Origin: Solirubrobacterales bacterium
Lineage (GTDB): Bacteria > Actinomycetota > Thermoleophilia > Solirubrobacterales > 70-9
DNA length: 64,000 bases
Reading direction: 5' to 3'
Assembly (NCBI GenBank): GCA_035296705.1
Contig: DATHAL010000041.1
Span: forward strand, 16,238-80,237
Positions 27,653 to 35,689 of this stretch are shown piece after piece (the first letter of the stretch is position 1; the number at the start of each line of letters is the position of its first letter). A program made the position numbers and the translations under genes. Under the pieces are notes generated by a model, which made no database searches, was not told the DNA's origin, and was given only the letters and a program-made list of their open reading frames with translations.

Positions 27653-29369
27653 CCTTGTAGTCAACCGGACAAGGTGCTACGGTCTGGGCATCGAGCCGGC
27701 GACCAAAGCACCCGGTCCCCCCGAGGCGAGACCGTCGGCGGCGCGGCCGGGAGGCGGCGAGTACGACGCGATCGTGGTCGGCGGCGGCCACAACGGGCTC
27801 ACCGCGACCGCCTACCTCGCCCGCGCGGGGCTGCGGGTGGTCTGCCTGGAACGGCGCGAGGTCCTCGGCGGCGCCTGCGTGACCGAGGAGCTCTGGCCGG
27901 GCGCACGCGTCTCGCGCGCCTCCTACGTGGTCTCGATGCTGCAGCCGAAGGTCGTCCGCGAGCTCGAGCTGGAGCGCTTCGGCTATCGGGCGATCCCGCT
28001 CGACCCCGCATACGTGTCGCTCACCGAGCAGGGGCCGATCTTCTTCTTCAGCGAGGTCGAGCGGACCGCGGCCTCGATCGCGCGGTTCTCGCGCCACGAT
28101 GCCGAGGCCTACCCCGCCTTCGAGGCACTCTTCGACCGGGTGGCGGAATTCGTCAAGCCGATGATGCTCCGGGAGCCGCCCGCGGTCGGCTCGAGGCACG
28201 CGGGAGACGTGGTCGCCCTACTTCGCGAGGCGGCGCGCATGGCCGGCTTCTCCAAGCGCGCGGTCCACGAGCTCGTCCGCGTGTTCACGATGTCGGTCGG
28301 CGACCTGCTCGACGATTACTTCGAGCTCGACGGGCTCAAGGGATCGACCGCGTCGAGCGGAGTGGTCGGTGTGTGGGCGGGGCCGCGGACACCCGGCACC
28401 GCCTACAACCTCCTCCACCACGCGCTGGGCCAGTGCGGCGGGATCGAGGGCGCGTGGGGCCAGGTGATCGGCGGCATGGGCGCGATCAGCCAAGCCCTCG
28501 CGCGCTCGGCGGAGTCGGCGGGAGCCGAGATCCGGACCGGTGCCGAGGTCGCGTCGATCGACGTCAGCGGCGGTCGGACGGTCGGCGTGACGCTCGCCGA
28601 CGGAACCGAGCTGCGAGCGCCGATCGTCGCCTCCGGCGCGCACCCGAAGCGGACCGTCCTCGATCTCGTCGGCGCCGATCACTTCCCGGCGGAGGTCGCC
28701 GCCGAGATCCGCCGCTACCGGACCCGCGGCGGCTCGGTCAAGGTCAACCTGCTCCTCTCCGAGCCGCCTCGCTACACCGGGGTCAGCGAGGAGGAGCAGC
28801 GGCTGATGATGACCGCCGGCGTCAACGTGTGCCCGTCGATCGACTATCTCGAGCGCGCATGGCAGGACGCCACTCTTGGCAGACCCGCGGAGCACCCGTA
28901 CGTCGAGGCGGAGCTGCCGACCGCGGTCGATCGGTCGCTCACCGACGACGGCCGCTGGGTGATGACGATGTTCACGCAGTACGGGCCGCCGGATGAGGCG
29001 GGCTGGCCCGAGGGCGCCCGCGAGCGCTACGCGGACGCCTGCGTCGAACAGCTCGCCCGCTTCGCGCCGAACATCCCGGACGCGGTGCTCGAGCGCGAGG
29101 TGCTCGCGCCACCCGATCTCGAACGGATCTTCGGCCTCGAGGGAGGTTCGATCTTCCAGGGCGAGCAGGGGCTCGACCAGATGGCGTTCATGCGCCCACA
29201 TCCGGAGATGGCGCAGTACGCGACCCCGGTGGCCGGGCTTTATTTGTGTGGCGCCGGCACCCATCCCGGCGGCGGCGTCACCGGCTGCTCCGGGCACAAC
29301 GCGGCCCACCGGATCCTCAGAGACCGCAGGCGCGCGCGACGGCCGTGGCGCCGGCGGGCGACCGCTTAG
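27624..29369 (+). CDS. FAD-dependent oxidoreductase, PYROXD2-like (copy 2)
   Basis: 581-aa ORF. EYDAIVVGGGHNGLTATAYLARAGLRVVCLERREVLGGACVTEELWPGARVSRASYVVSMLQPKVVRELELERFGY closely follows my recollection of the human PYROXD2 N-terminus. Start is uncertain. TTG 27624 overlaps the upstream gene by 29 nt, and no canonical start lies between the operator and the GxGxxG motif. Confidence 0.87.
   Translation: MTRSLGARLDLVVNRTRCYGLGIEPATKAPGPPEARPSAARPGGGEYDAIVVGGGHNGLTATAYLARAGLRVVCLERREVLGGACVTEELWPGARVSRASYVVSMLQPKVVRELELERFGYRAIPLDPAYVSLTEQGPIFFFSEVERTAASIARFSRHDAEAYPAFEALFDRVAEFVKPMMLREPPAVGSRHAGDVVALLREAARMAGFSKRAVHELVRVFTMSVGDLLDDYFELDGLKGSTASSGVVGVWAGPRTPGTAYNLLHHALGQCGGIEGAWGQVIGGMGAISQALARSAESAGAEIRTGAEVASIDVSGGRTVGVTLADGTELRAPIVASGAHPKRTVLDLVGADHFPAEVAAEIRRYRTRGGSVKVNLLLSEPPRYTGVSEEEQRLMMTAGVNVCPSIDYLERAWQDATLGRPAEHPYVEAELPTAVDRSLTDDGRWVMTMFTQYGPPDEAGWPEGARERYADACVEQLARFAPNIPDAVLEREVLAPPDLERIFGLEGGSIFQGEQGLDQMAFMRPHPEMAQYATPVAGLYLCGAGTHPGGGVTGCSGHNAAHRILRDRRRARRPWRRRATA
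27648..27665. promoter_or_regulatory. palindromic operator candidate, copy 2
   Basis: cTTGACCTTGTAGTCAAcc. The TGA stop of the synthetase gene (27650-27652) lies inside the left arm. Confidence 0.5.
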
Positions 29370-29376
29370 GCGGGCG

Positions 29377-29754
29377 TCAGTCCGCCGCCGGAATCGGCTC
29401 GAGCACGATCGCCGAGTGGCCCGCGAGCCCGGCGAGCTCGAAGATCTTCATGATCCGCGGCCGCACCCCGCGGATCTTGAGCGTCCCGCCCTGATCCTTG
29501 AGCTGCCACGCCGCCCAGGCGAGCACGGCGATCCCGGACGAGTCGATGAAGCCGCACGCCCGCAGGTCGATCTCGAGATCCCGCTCGTCGTCGATCGCCG
29601 CGACCAGCACCCCCCGCAGCCTCGGCGCGCTCGCCAGGTCGAGGTCTCCGAACACCGTCACGACGCCCTGCCCGCTCGTCCCGGTGGCAAGGCTCGCCTT
29701 GAATTTCACCCCCGCAGGGGCGCCCGCTGTTGAGTCCTTGGCCTCTCGTCTCAC
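29377..29754 (-). CDS. STAS-domain protein (anti-sigma-factor antagonist family)
   Basis: 125-aa ORF, GTG start with GGAG 9 nt upstream. VVTVFGDLDLASAPRLRGVL...LEIDLRACGFIDSSGIAVLAWAAWQLKDQGGTLKIRGVRPRIMKIFELAGL. Confidence 0.8.
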   Translation of the reverse strand: MRREAKDSTAGAPAGVKFKASLATGTSGQGVVTVFGDLDLASAPRLRGVLVAAIDDERDLEIDLRACGFIDSSGIAVLAWAAWQLKDQGGTLKIRGVRPRIMKIFELAGLAGHSAIVLEPIPAAD

Positions 29755-29770
29755 GCTTGCTCCGCTAGAT

Positions 29771-29805
29771 GGCGCCTTCTTCGTCCGTGAGACGAAGAAG
29801 GCGCC
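29771..29805 (-). terminator. perfect 15-bp stem-loop between patD and the STAS gene
   Basis: GGCGCCTTCTTCGTC-cgtga-GACGAAGAAGGCGCC, 13 nt past the aldehyde dehydrogenase stop. No clear U-tract on either strand. Confidence 0.5.
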
Positions 29806-29817
29806 ACACCAGAAGGC

Positions 29818-31263
29818 CTACGGCTCGATGTTGATCATCACGTGCTTGACCTCGGTGTAGTCCTCGACCGAGTACATCGACATGTCCTTGCCGTAGCCGG
29901 ACTGCTTGTAGCCGCCGTGCGGCATCTCCGACGCCATCGTGATGTGGTTGTTGATCCAGACGGCGCCGAAGCGGATCGCATTGGCGACCCGCAGGGCGCG
30001 GCCGAGGTCGCGGGTCCACACCGAGGCGGCGAGCCCGTAGCGGGTGCCGTTCGCCCACTCGATCGCCTTCTGCTCGTCGTCGAAGCGCTGCACCGTCATC
30101 ACCGGGCCGAAGATCTCGTCCTGGATCATCTCGTCGCCCTGCTCGAGGTTCGCGACCACGGTCGGCTCGTAGTAGAAGCCGGGGAGCTCGGGCTCCTTGC
30201 CGCCGGTGACGACCTCCGCGTGACCGGGCTTGCGCTCGATGAAGCCCTCGATCCGCTCGCGCTGGCGGGCCGAGATCACCGGCCCGAGCGTCGTCTCGGG
30301 ATCGTTGAGGTCCCCCATCTTGTAGCCCCTCGCCTCCTCGGAGAGGGCGTTCACGACGTCGTCGTAGACGTCGCCCGCGGCCAGGATGCGGGTCGAAGCC
30401 GTGCAGTCCTGGCCGGCGTTGAAGAGCCCTGTCGCGGCCACGAATTCGGCGGTCGCCGGGATGTCGGCGTCGTCGAAGATGATCACCGGCGCCTTGCCGC
30501 CGAGCTCGAGGTGGACGCGCTTGAGCGTGTCCGCCGCCGCGCGGGCGATCCACTTGCCGGTCTCGGGCGAGCCGGTGAGCGACACGAAGTCGACGTCCGG
30601 GTGCGTGACGAGCGACGCGCCGGCCGGCTCGCCGTGGCCGCCGATGACGTTGAGAACGCCCGGCGGCAGGATCTCGCCCGCGATCTCGGCAAGCTTGAAG
30701 GTCGAAAGCGGCGTGTTCTCGGCCGGCTTCAGCACCGAGGTGCAGCCGGCCGCGAACGCCGGGCCGATCTTCCACATCGCCATCATCAGCGGGTAGTTCC
30801 ACGGCGTGATCTGCCCGCAGACGCCGATCGGCTCGCGGCGCACGAACGACGTGTGGCCCTCCACGTACTCGTTCGCGGCCTTGCCCTCCATGTTGCGCGC
30901 CGCGCCCGCGAAGAAGCGCAGGTTGTCCGCGCACATCTCGAGCTCCTCGTCGATGAACGCCTGGCGTGGCTTGCCCGCGTCGGCGGACTCGAGGTCGGCG
31001 AACTCGTCGCCGTGTTCGAGGATCGCGTCCGCGAGCTTCAGCAGGCACTCCGAGCGGTAGCGCGGCGTCGTCACCCCCCACGTCTCGAACGCCTTGCGCG
31101 CCGCGGCTACGGCGCGATCCACATCCTGGGCGTTCGAGACCGGTGCCTGGGCGATCGCCTCGCCGGTCGACGGGTTGATGACGTCCTCGGTCTGCCCGTC
31201 GACGGGGTCGACGAACTCGCCGTTGATGAAGTTCTGAAGCTTCGTGCCGGTGACGGTTGCCAT
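29818..31263 (-). CDS. patD: gamma-aminobutyraldehyde dehydrogenase-like NAD-dependent aldehyde dehydrogenase
   Basis: 481-aa ORF. Aligns block by block with my recollection of E. coli PatD/YdcW ([63 protein letters not shown]). Confidence 0.9.
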   Translation of the reverse strand: MATVTGTKLQNFINGEFVDPVDGQTEDVINPSTGEAIAQAPVSNAQDVDRAVAAARKAFETWGVTTPRYRSECLLKLADAILEHGDEFADLESADAGKPRQAFIDEELEMCADNLRFFAGAARNMEGKAANEYVEGHTSFVRREPIGVCGQITPWNYPLMMAMWKIGPAFAAGCTSVLKPAENTPLSTFKLAEIAGEILPPGVLNVIGGHGEPAGASLVTHPDVDFVSLTGSPETGKWIARAAADTLKRVHLELGGKAPVIIFDDADIPATAEFVAATGLFNAGQDCTASTRILAAGDVYDDVVNALSEEARGYKMGDLNDPETTLGPVISARQRERIEGFIERKPGHAEVVTGGKEPELPGFYYEPTVVANLEQGDEMIQDEIFGPVMTVQRFDDEQKAIEWANGTRYGLAASVWTRDLGRALRVANAIRFGAVWINNHITMASEMPHGGYKQSGYGKDMSMYSVEDYTEVKHVMINIEP

Positions 31264-31277
31264 CTTGTTTCTCTCCT

Positions 31278-32480
31278 TCAGTTGCTGGTTCGTCCGTTCG
31301 GGACCGCGTGCGAAGCGGTCGCGCCGGCGCCGTCGGCGCCCGGCGCGCCGATCTCCGGCGCGCCGATGTCGAGCACCTGCTCGGGCGGCACGTACTCCAT
31401 CCCCACCCCCGCGGCGACCGCTCGATGCGTGACCTTGCCGGCGGCGACGTTGATCCCGAGCTTGAGCCCGGGGTCGCGGCGCGCCGCCTCTGTGACACCG
31501 AGATCGGCGAGCGCCAGCACGTAGGGAAGCGTCGCGTTGGTGAGCGCGTAGGTCGAGGTGATCGGGACGGCACCTGGCATGTTGGTCACGCAGTAGTGGA
31601 TGATCCCGTCGACCTCGTAGGTCGGGTCGCCGTGCGTCGTCGGGCGCGAGGTCTCGAAGCAGCCGCCCTGGTCGATCGCGACGTCGACCAGGACCGCCCG
31701 ATCCTTCATCAGCCCGAGCTGCTTGCGGGTGATCACGTGGGGAGCTCGGGCGCCGTGGACGAGCACGGCGCCGATCACGAGGTCCATCTGCGGCAGCCTC
31801 TCCTCGATCGAGAGCCGCGAGCTGAACACGGTGGAGGCACGACCGCCGAAGGCGACATCCAGCTCACGCAGCTTGTCGAGCGAGACGTCGTAGACGAAGA
31901 CGTCCGCCTCCATCCCGATCGCGATGAACGCGGCGTGCATGCCTACGGCGCCGCCGCCGATGATCATCACGTTTGCCGGCGGCACACCCGGGACGCCGCC
32001 GAGCAGGATGCCGCGGCCGCCGAGCGGGCGCTCGAGCATGAAGGCACCGGCCTGCGTGGCGATCTTCCCGGCGACCTCCGACATGGGGGCGAGTAGCGGC
32101 AGCCGTCGCGAGCGGTCCTCGACCGTCTCGTACGCGACGCAGGTGGCGCCGGATTCACAGAGGCCCCGCGTCAGCTCCGGGGCCGGGGCGAGGTGCAGGT
32201 AGGTGAACAGGGTCTGGCCCTCGCGCAGCATCGGGACCTCCTCGCGCTGCGGCTCCTTGACGCCGAGGACCATCTCTGCCTCGGAGAAGACGTCCTCGGG
32301 CGTCGGCACGATCCGCGCGCCCTGGGCCTCGTAGTCGGAATCGGAGATCCCGCTGCCCGCACCCGCGCCCGCCTCGATCAGCACGTCGTGGCCGTGCTCG
32401 GAGAGCTCGCGCACGCCGATCGGGGTGATCGCGACGCGGTACTCGTCGGGCTTGATCTCGGTCGGTACCCCTATCTTCAT
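31278..32480 (-). CDS. ald: alanine dehydrogenase
   Basis: Internal ATG at 32480 of the merged ORF 31278..33302. [40 protein letters not shown]..., NAD motif [18 protein letters not shown] overlap with the PucR stop. Has a C-terminal tail of about 30 aa. Confidence 0.93.
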   Translation of the reverse strand: MKIGVPTEIKPDEYRVAITPIGVRELSEHGHDVLIEAGAGAGSGISDSDYEAQGARIVPTPEDVFSEAEMVLGVKEPQREEVPMLREGQTLFTYLHLAPAPELTRGLCESGATCVAYETVEDRSRRLPLLAPMSEVAGKIATQAGAFMLERPLGGRGILLGGVPGVPPANVMIIGGGAVGMHAAFIAIGMEADVFVYDVSLDKLRELDVAFGGRASTVFSSRLSIEERLPQMDLVIGAVLVHGARAPHVITRKQLGLMKDRAVLVDVAIDQGGCFETSRPTTHGDPTYEVDGIIHYCVTNMPGAVPITSTYALTNATLPYVLALADLGVTEAARRDPGLKLGINVAAGKVTHRAVAAGVGMEYVPPEQVLDIGAPEIGAPGADGAGATASHAVPNGRTSN

Positions 32481-34051
32481 CTCACCAGCTCCCTTGCCCT
32501 CAGCGCGAGCCACAGCTCGATCCGGTCGGTCGCCCGCGACATGTCCCTGCCAGTCAGCTCCTCGATCTTGCGCATCCGGTAGCGCAGCGTGTGGCGGTGG
32601 CAGTAGAGCTGCCGCGCCGCGCGCTCCCAGTTGCCGTTGTTCTCGATGAACGCCTCGAGCGAGCGCAGGAGCTCCCCGCCATACTCGCCCTCGGTGCGCT
32701 CGATCGGCTCCAGGAGCCCCTCGCTGTAGAGCCTCAGGGCGTCGTCGTCCTGAAGCGCGAGCAGCAGGGTGAACGCGCCAAGGTCGCGATGCGAGGCGAC
32801 CTCGGGCGCCCCGCCGTCGCTGAGCGCGGTGGCCTCGAGCGCGCAACGCGCTTCGTGGAACGCTCGCCGCAGCGAGCCCACCGCGGCTGGCCGGCTCGCC
32901 GCCGCCCTGACGCCGGCGCCGTTTCGCCCCGGCCCGCCCGTGAGCGCCTCGCGGGCGCGCCGCGCGGTCCGGATCGGGTCGCCGCTCGCCGCGTCGACCA
33001 CCGCGCACAGAAGCGGCCTCCCCGCGGCCGCGCTGGTGGCCACGAGCGCCGGCACCCCCGCCTGCGTGAGCGCGCCCTCGAGGGTCGCCTCCGCCGCCGG
33101 CGGGTCGTCGAGCTCGAAGATCAGCACGGCCGCCTCCGGGCCGATCCCGAACGGCCGCAGGCGCCCTCGCAGCTCGTCGGGATCCAAGCGCTCGCCCAGC
33201 GCGTCGGCGAGCAGGTCGCCGGCGAGCCTGCGCTCGGTCTCGTGGACGATTCGCTCGCGCATCAGCTCCAGGCCCACGACCATCGCCGCCTGCCGCGCGC
33301 ACAGCCGCTCGAAGTCGCCGAGCGGGTCGGTATCGGCGACCACGACGAGCCAGCCGACGGGCGCGCCGCCCCGTCGTCCCGGGACCGGGATCGCGAGTGC
33401 GCGCCCCGCGAGCTCGGGGTGCTCGGAGGCGTACGGCGCGTGGGCCCCGGCGGGCTGCTCGGCGGCCAGCTCGCTCGCGAGGGCGGCGAGCGCCTCCGGC
33501 TCGGGCTCGCGGCCGCTCGAGCGGCGGCCGAGCTCGCGGCCGGTGGCGTCGAGGACGATCGCGGTGCCGCCGACGGCCGCACCGGTCGAGGCGAGCACCT
33601 CGTCGAGGCCGGCGCCCTCGACCACCAGCCCCTCGAGCCGCTCGTGGACCTGGACGCCGCGTTCCAGTACATCGAACTGCTCGTTCACGAGCCGCGCCGC
33701 GGCCCGCTCGGTGATCGCGATGAACGGCATCTCATACGGGACCTCGAACAGCGGGATGCCGCGCGCGTCGGCCGCCCCGACGATCGCCTTCGGAAGCCGC
33801 TTGTGATCGAAGCCGGTGCCGAAGCCGAGTCCGGCGAGGCCGTGGTCGGCGAGCCGCTCCAGGTAGCGGCGCTGCTTCGCTGCGCTCGGCAGGCTAGGGC
33901 CCGTGGTGAGCAGAAGCTCGCCGCCGCGCAACCACGGGGTAGGGTCCTCGTGCTCGGAGATGTGCACCCAGCGCACGGAGCGATCGGCGCCCACCTCGCC
34001 CGCGGCGAGCTCGAGCCCGCAATCGGAGACGAGGCTGCCTACGGTGAGCAT
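32477..34051 (-). CDS. PucR/CdaR-family transcriptional regulator
   Basis: 524-aa ORF. C-terminal PucR-type HTH ARQLYCHRHTLRYRMRKIEELTGRDM. N-terminal purine-catabolism-regulator-like domain. Confidence 0.9.
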   Translation of the reverse strand: MLTVGSLVSDCGLELAAGEVGADRSVRWVHISEHEDPTPWLRGGELLLTTGPSLPSAAKQRRYLERLADHGLAGLGFGTGFDHKRLPKAIVGAADARGIPLFEVPYEMPFIAITERAAARLVNEQFDVLERGVQVHERLEGLVVEGAGLDEVLASTGAAVGGTAIVLDATGRELGRRSSGREPEPEALAALASELAAEQPAGAHAPYASEHPELAGRALAIPVPGRRGGAPVGWLVVVADTDPLGDFERLCARQAAMVVGLELMRERIVHETERRLAGDLLADALGERLDPDELRGRLRPFGIGPEAAVLIFELDDPPAAEATLEGALTQAGVPALVATSAAAGRPLLCAVVDAASGDPIRTARRAREALTGGPGRNGAGVRAAASRPAAVGSLRRAFHEARCALEATALSDGGAPEVASHRDLGAFTLLLALQDDDALRLYSEGLLEPIERTEGEYGGELLRSLEAFIENNGNWERAARQLYCHRHTLRYRMRKIEELTGRDMSRATDRIELWLALRARELVR

Positions 34052-34070
34052 GCCGGCGCTCGGACTCCCC

Positions 34071-35480
34071 TCAGACGCTCGCGCCGGTGAAGCCGCTCTC
34101 GAGCCGGTCCGACGCCTCGGTGAGCACGTCGCGGAGCACCGTCTCGATCTCCTCGAACTGCTCGGTGTCGCAAATGAGCGGCGGCGCGAGCTGGACGACG
34201 GGGTCGCCGCGGTCGTCGGCGCGGCAGATCAGCCCACGGCGATAGAGCTCGCCGGAGAGAAAGCCGCGCAGCAGGCTCTCCGACTCCTCGTTCGTGAACC
34301 CCTCCTTCGTCTCCTGGTCCTTGACGAGCTCGATCGCGTGGAAGAAACCGTCGCCGCGCACGTCGCCGACGATCGGGATGTCGCGCAGCCCGTCGAGCAG
34401 TCCGCGGAACTCACCCTGCTTGCGCAGCACGTGCCCGCAGAGGTCCTCGCGCTCGAAGACGTCGAGGTTCGCCATCGCGACCGCCGCGGCGACGGGGTGG
34501 CCGCCGAAGGTGAAGCCGTGGATGAACGACTCCTTGCCGCGCGAGAACGGCTCGTAGACGCGATCGGAGGCGATCATCGCGCCCATCGGCGCGTACGCCG
34601 AGGTGAGCGCCTTCGCCGTCGTCATGATGTCCGGCTGAAAGCCGTAGCGGTCACAGCCGAAGTAGTGGCCGAGCCGCCCCCAGGCGCAGATCACCTCGTC
34701 GGAGATCAGCAGCACGTCGTGGCGGTCACAGATCTCCCTGACCCGGTCGAAGTAGCCCTCCTGCGGCGGAATGCAGCCGCCGGCGTTCTGGAGCGGCTCG
34801 AGGATCACGGCGGCCACGGTCTCGGGACCCTCGAACAGGATCTTCTCCTCGATCTGATCGGCCGCCCAGAGCGGATCCCTGTCCTCGGGCCAGTGGTAGC
34901 TGTTCGTGTTCGGCGCCTTGATCCCGCCCGGGACGAGGGGCTCGAAGTCCGTGCGAAGCGCGGGGATCCCGGTGGCCTGAAGGGCGCCGAGCGTGGTGCC
35001 GTGGTAGGCGATCTCACGCGTGAGGAACTTCGTCTTGCGCGGGTTGCCGGTGCGCTGGTGATAAGCGCGGGAGAGCTTGATCGCGGATTCCACCGCCTCC
35101 GAGCCGCCCGATGTGAAGAAGACGCGGTTGAGGTCGCCGGGCGTCATCGAGGCGATCCGCTCGGCGAGCTCGATCGCGCGCGGGTGCCCGTAGCTCCAGA
35201 TGATGTAGAAGTCGAGCTCCTGGATCTGGCGTGCCGCCGCCTCGGCGAGCTCGGCGCGACCGTGGCCGGCGTTCACGCAGAACAGGGCCGAGAGGCCATC
35301 CAGGTAGCGCTTGCCGTGCTCGTCGTACACGTAGGCGCCCTCGCCGCGGCTGATGATCGGCACCTCGTGAGAGTCGTCGAAGGAGCCCATTCGCGTGAAG
35401 TGCATCCAGAGGTGACGCCGCGCCGCCTCTTGAAGGTTCGTGCGGGTGCGGGGCTCGGTCAGGGTGTCTGTCGACGCCAT
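34071..35480 (-). CDS. class-III (omega) aminotransferase, putrescine/GABA/beta-alanine:pyruvate type
   Basis: ATG 35480 is preceded by AGGAGGAGAG. 469 aa. HLWMHFTR..., FFTSGGSEAVESAIKL, class-III fold. The ORF-track start at 35657 is an upstream shadow extension. Confidence 0.92.
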   Translation of the reverse strand: MASTDTLTEPRTRTNLQEAARRHLWMHFTRMGSFDDSHEVPIISRGEGAYVYDEHGKRYLDGLSALFCVNAGHGRAELAEAAARQIQELDFYIIWSYGHPRAIELAERIASMTPGDLNRVFFTSGGSEAVESAIKLSRAYHQRTGNPRKTKFLTREIAYHGTTLGALQATGIPALRTDFEPLVPGGIKAPNTNSYHWPEDRDPLWAADQIEEKILFEGPETVAAVILEPLQNAGGCIPPQEGYFDRVREICDRHDVLLISDEVICAWGRLGHYFGCDRYGFQPDIMTTAKALTSAYAPMGAMIASDRVYEPFSRGKESFIHGFTFGGHPVAAAVAMANLDVFEREDLCGHVLRKQGEFRGLLDGLRDIPIVGDVRGDGFFHAIELVKDQETKEGFTNEESESLLRGFLSGELYRRGLICRADDRGDPVVQLAPPLICDTEQFEEIETVLRDVLTEASDRLESGFTGASV

Positions 35481-35584
35481 CTCTCCTCCTACGACTTCTG
35501 GGCCATATAGTCTCGACGTTCCGTACAACGGTAGCCGCCCGCCGACCCGAACACAACGGGGAGTCGGTTCAATGTGGGCGTAAT

Positions 35585-35598
35585 CTCTTGTACAAGAG
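35585..35598. promoter_or_regulatory. perfect 14-bp palindrome CTCTTGTACAAGAG in divergent promoter region
   Basis: Sits midway in the 209-bp region between the aminotransferase operon (-) and the PotA-like gene (+). Flanked by two direct copies of CCGTACAAC (35521-35529, 35643-35651). Confidence 0.45.
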
Positions 35599-35635
35599 GT
35601 ATAAGCAGGATTGGACGTTTTGGGGCTTTCGCCCC

Positions 35636-35664
35636 TTGCGCGCCGTACAACCGGCACTTAGCCT
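35636..35664 (+). promoter_or_regulatory. promoter candidate for ABC importer 2
   Basis: TTGCGC, 17-nt spacer, TAGCCT (TAnnnT-type -10). One CCGTACAAC motif lies inside the spacer. Confidence 0.3.
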
Positions 35665-35689
35665 GAACGGCGCTCGTGCGCGGAGGTGA

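Noticed and set aside
31278-33302. Very long ORF-track calls that merge neighbouring genes or add N-terminal extensions (31278..33302, 44417..46681, 51362..53650, 55159..56793, 34071..35657, 24172..25587, 16055..17137, 41629..42891).
   Set aside because: The upstream portions are shadow-like in composition and overlap adjacent real genes. Internal ATG/GTG starts with SD sequences or 4-nt stop/start overlaps give proteins of the expected family length.
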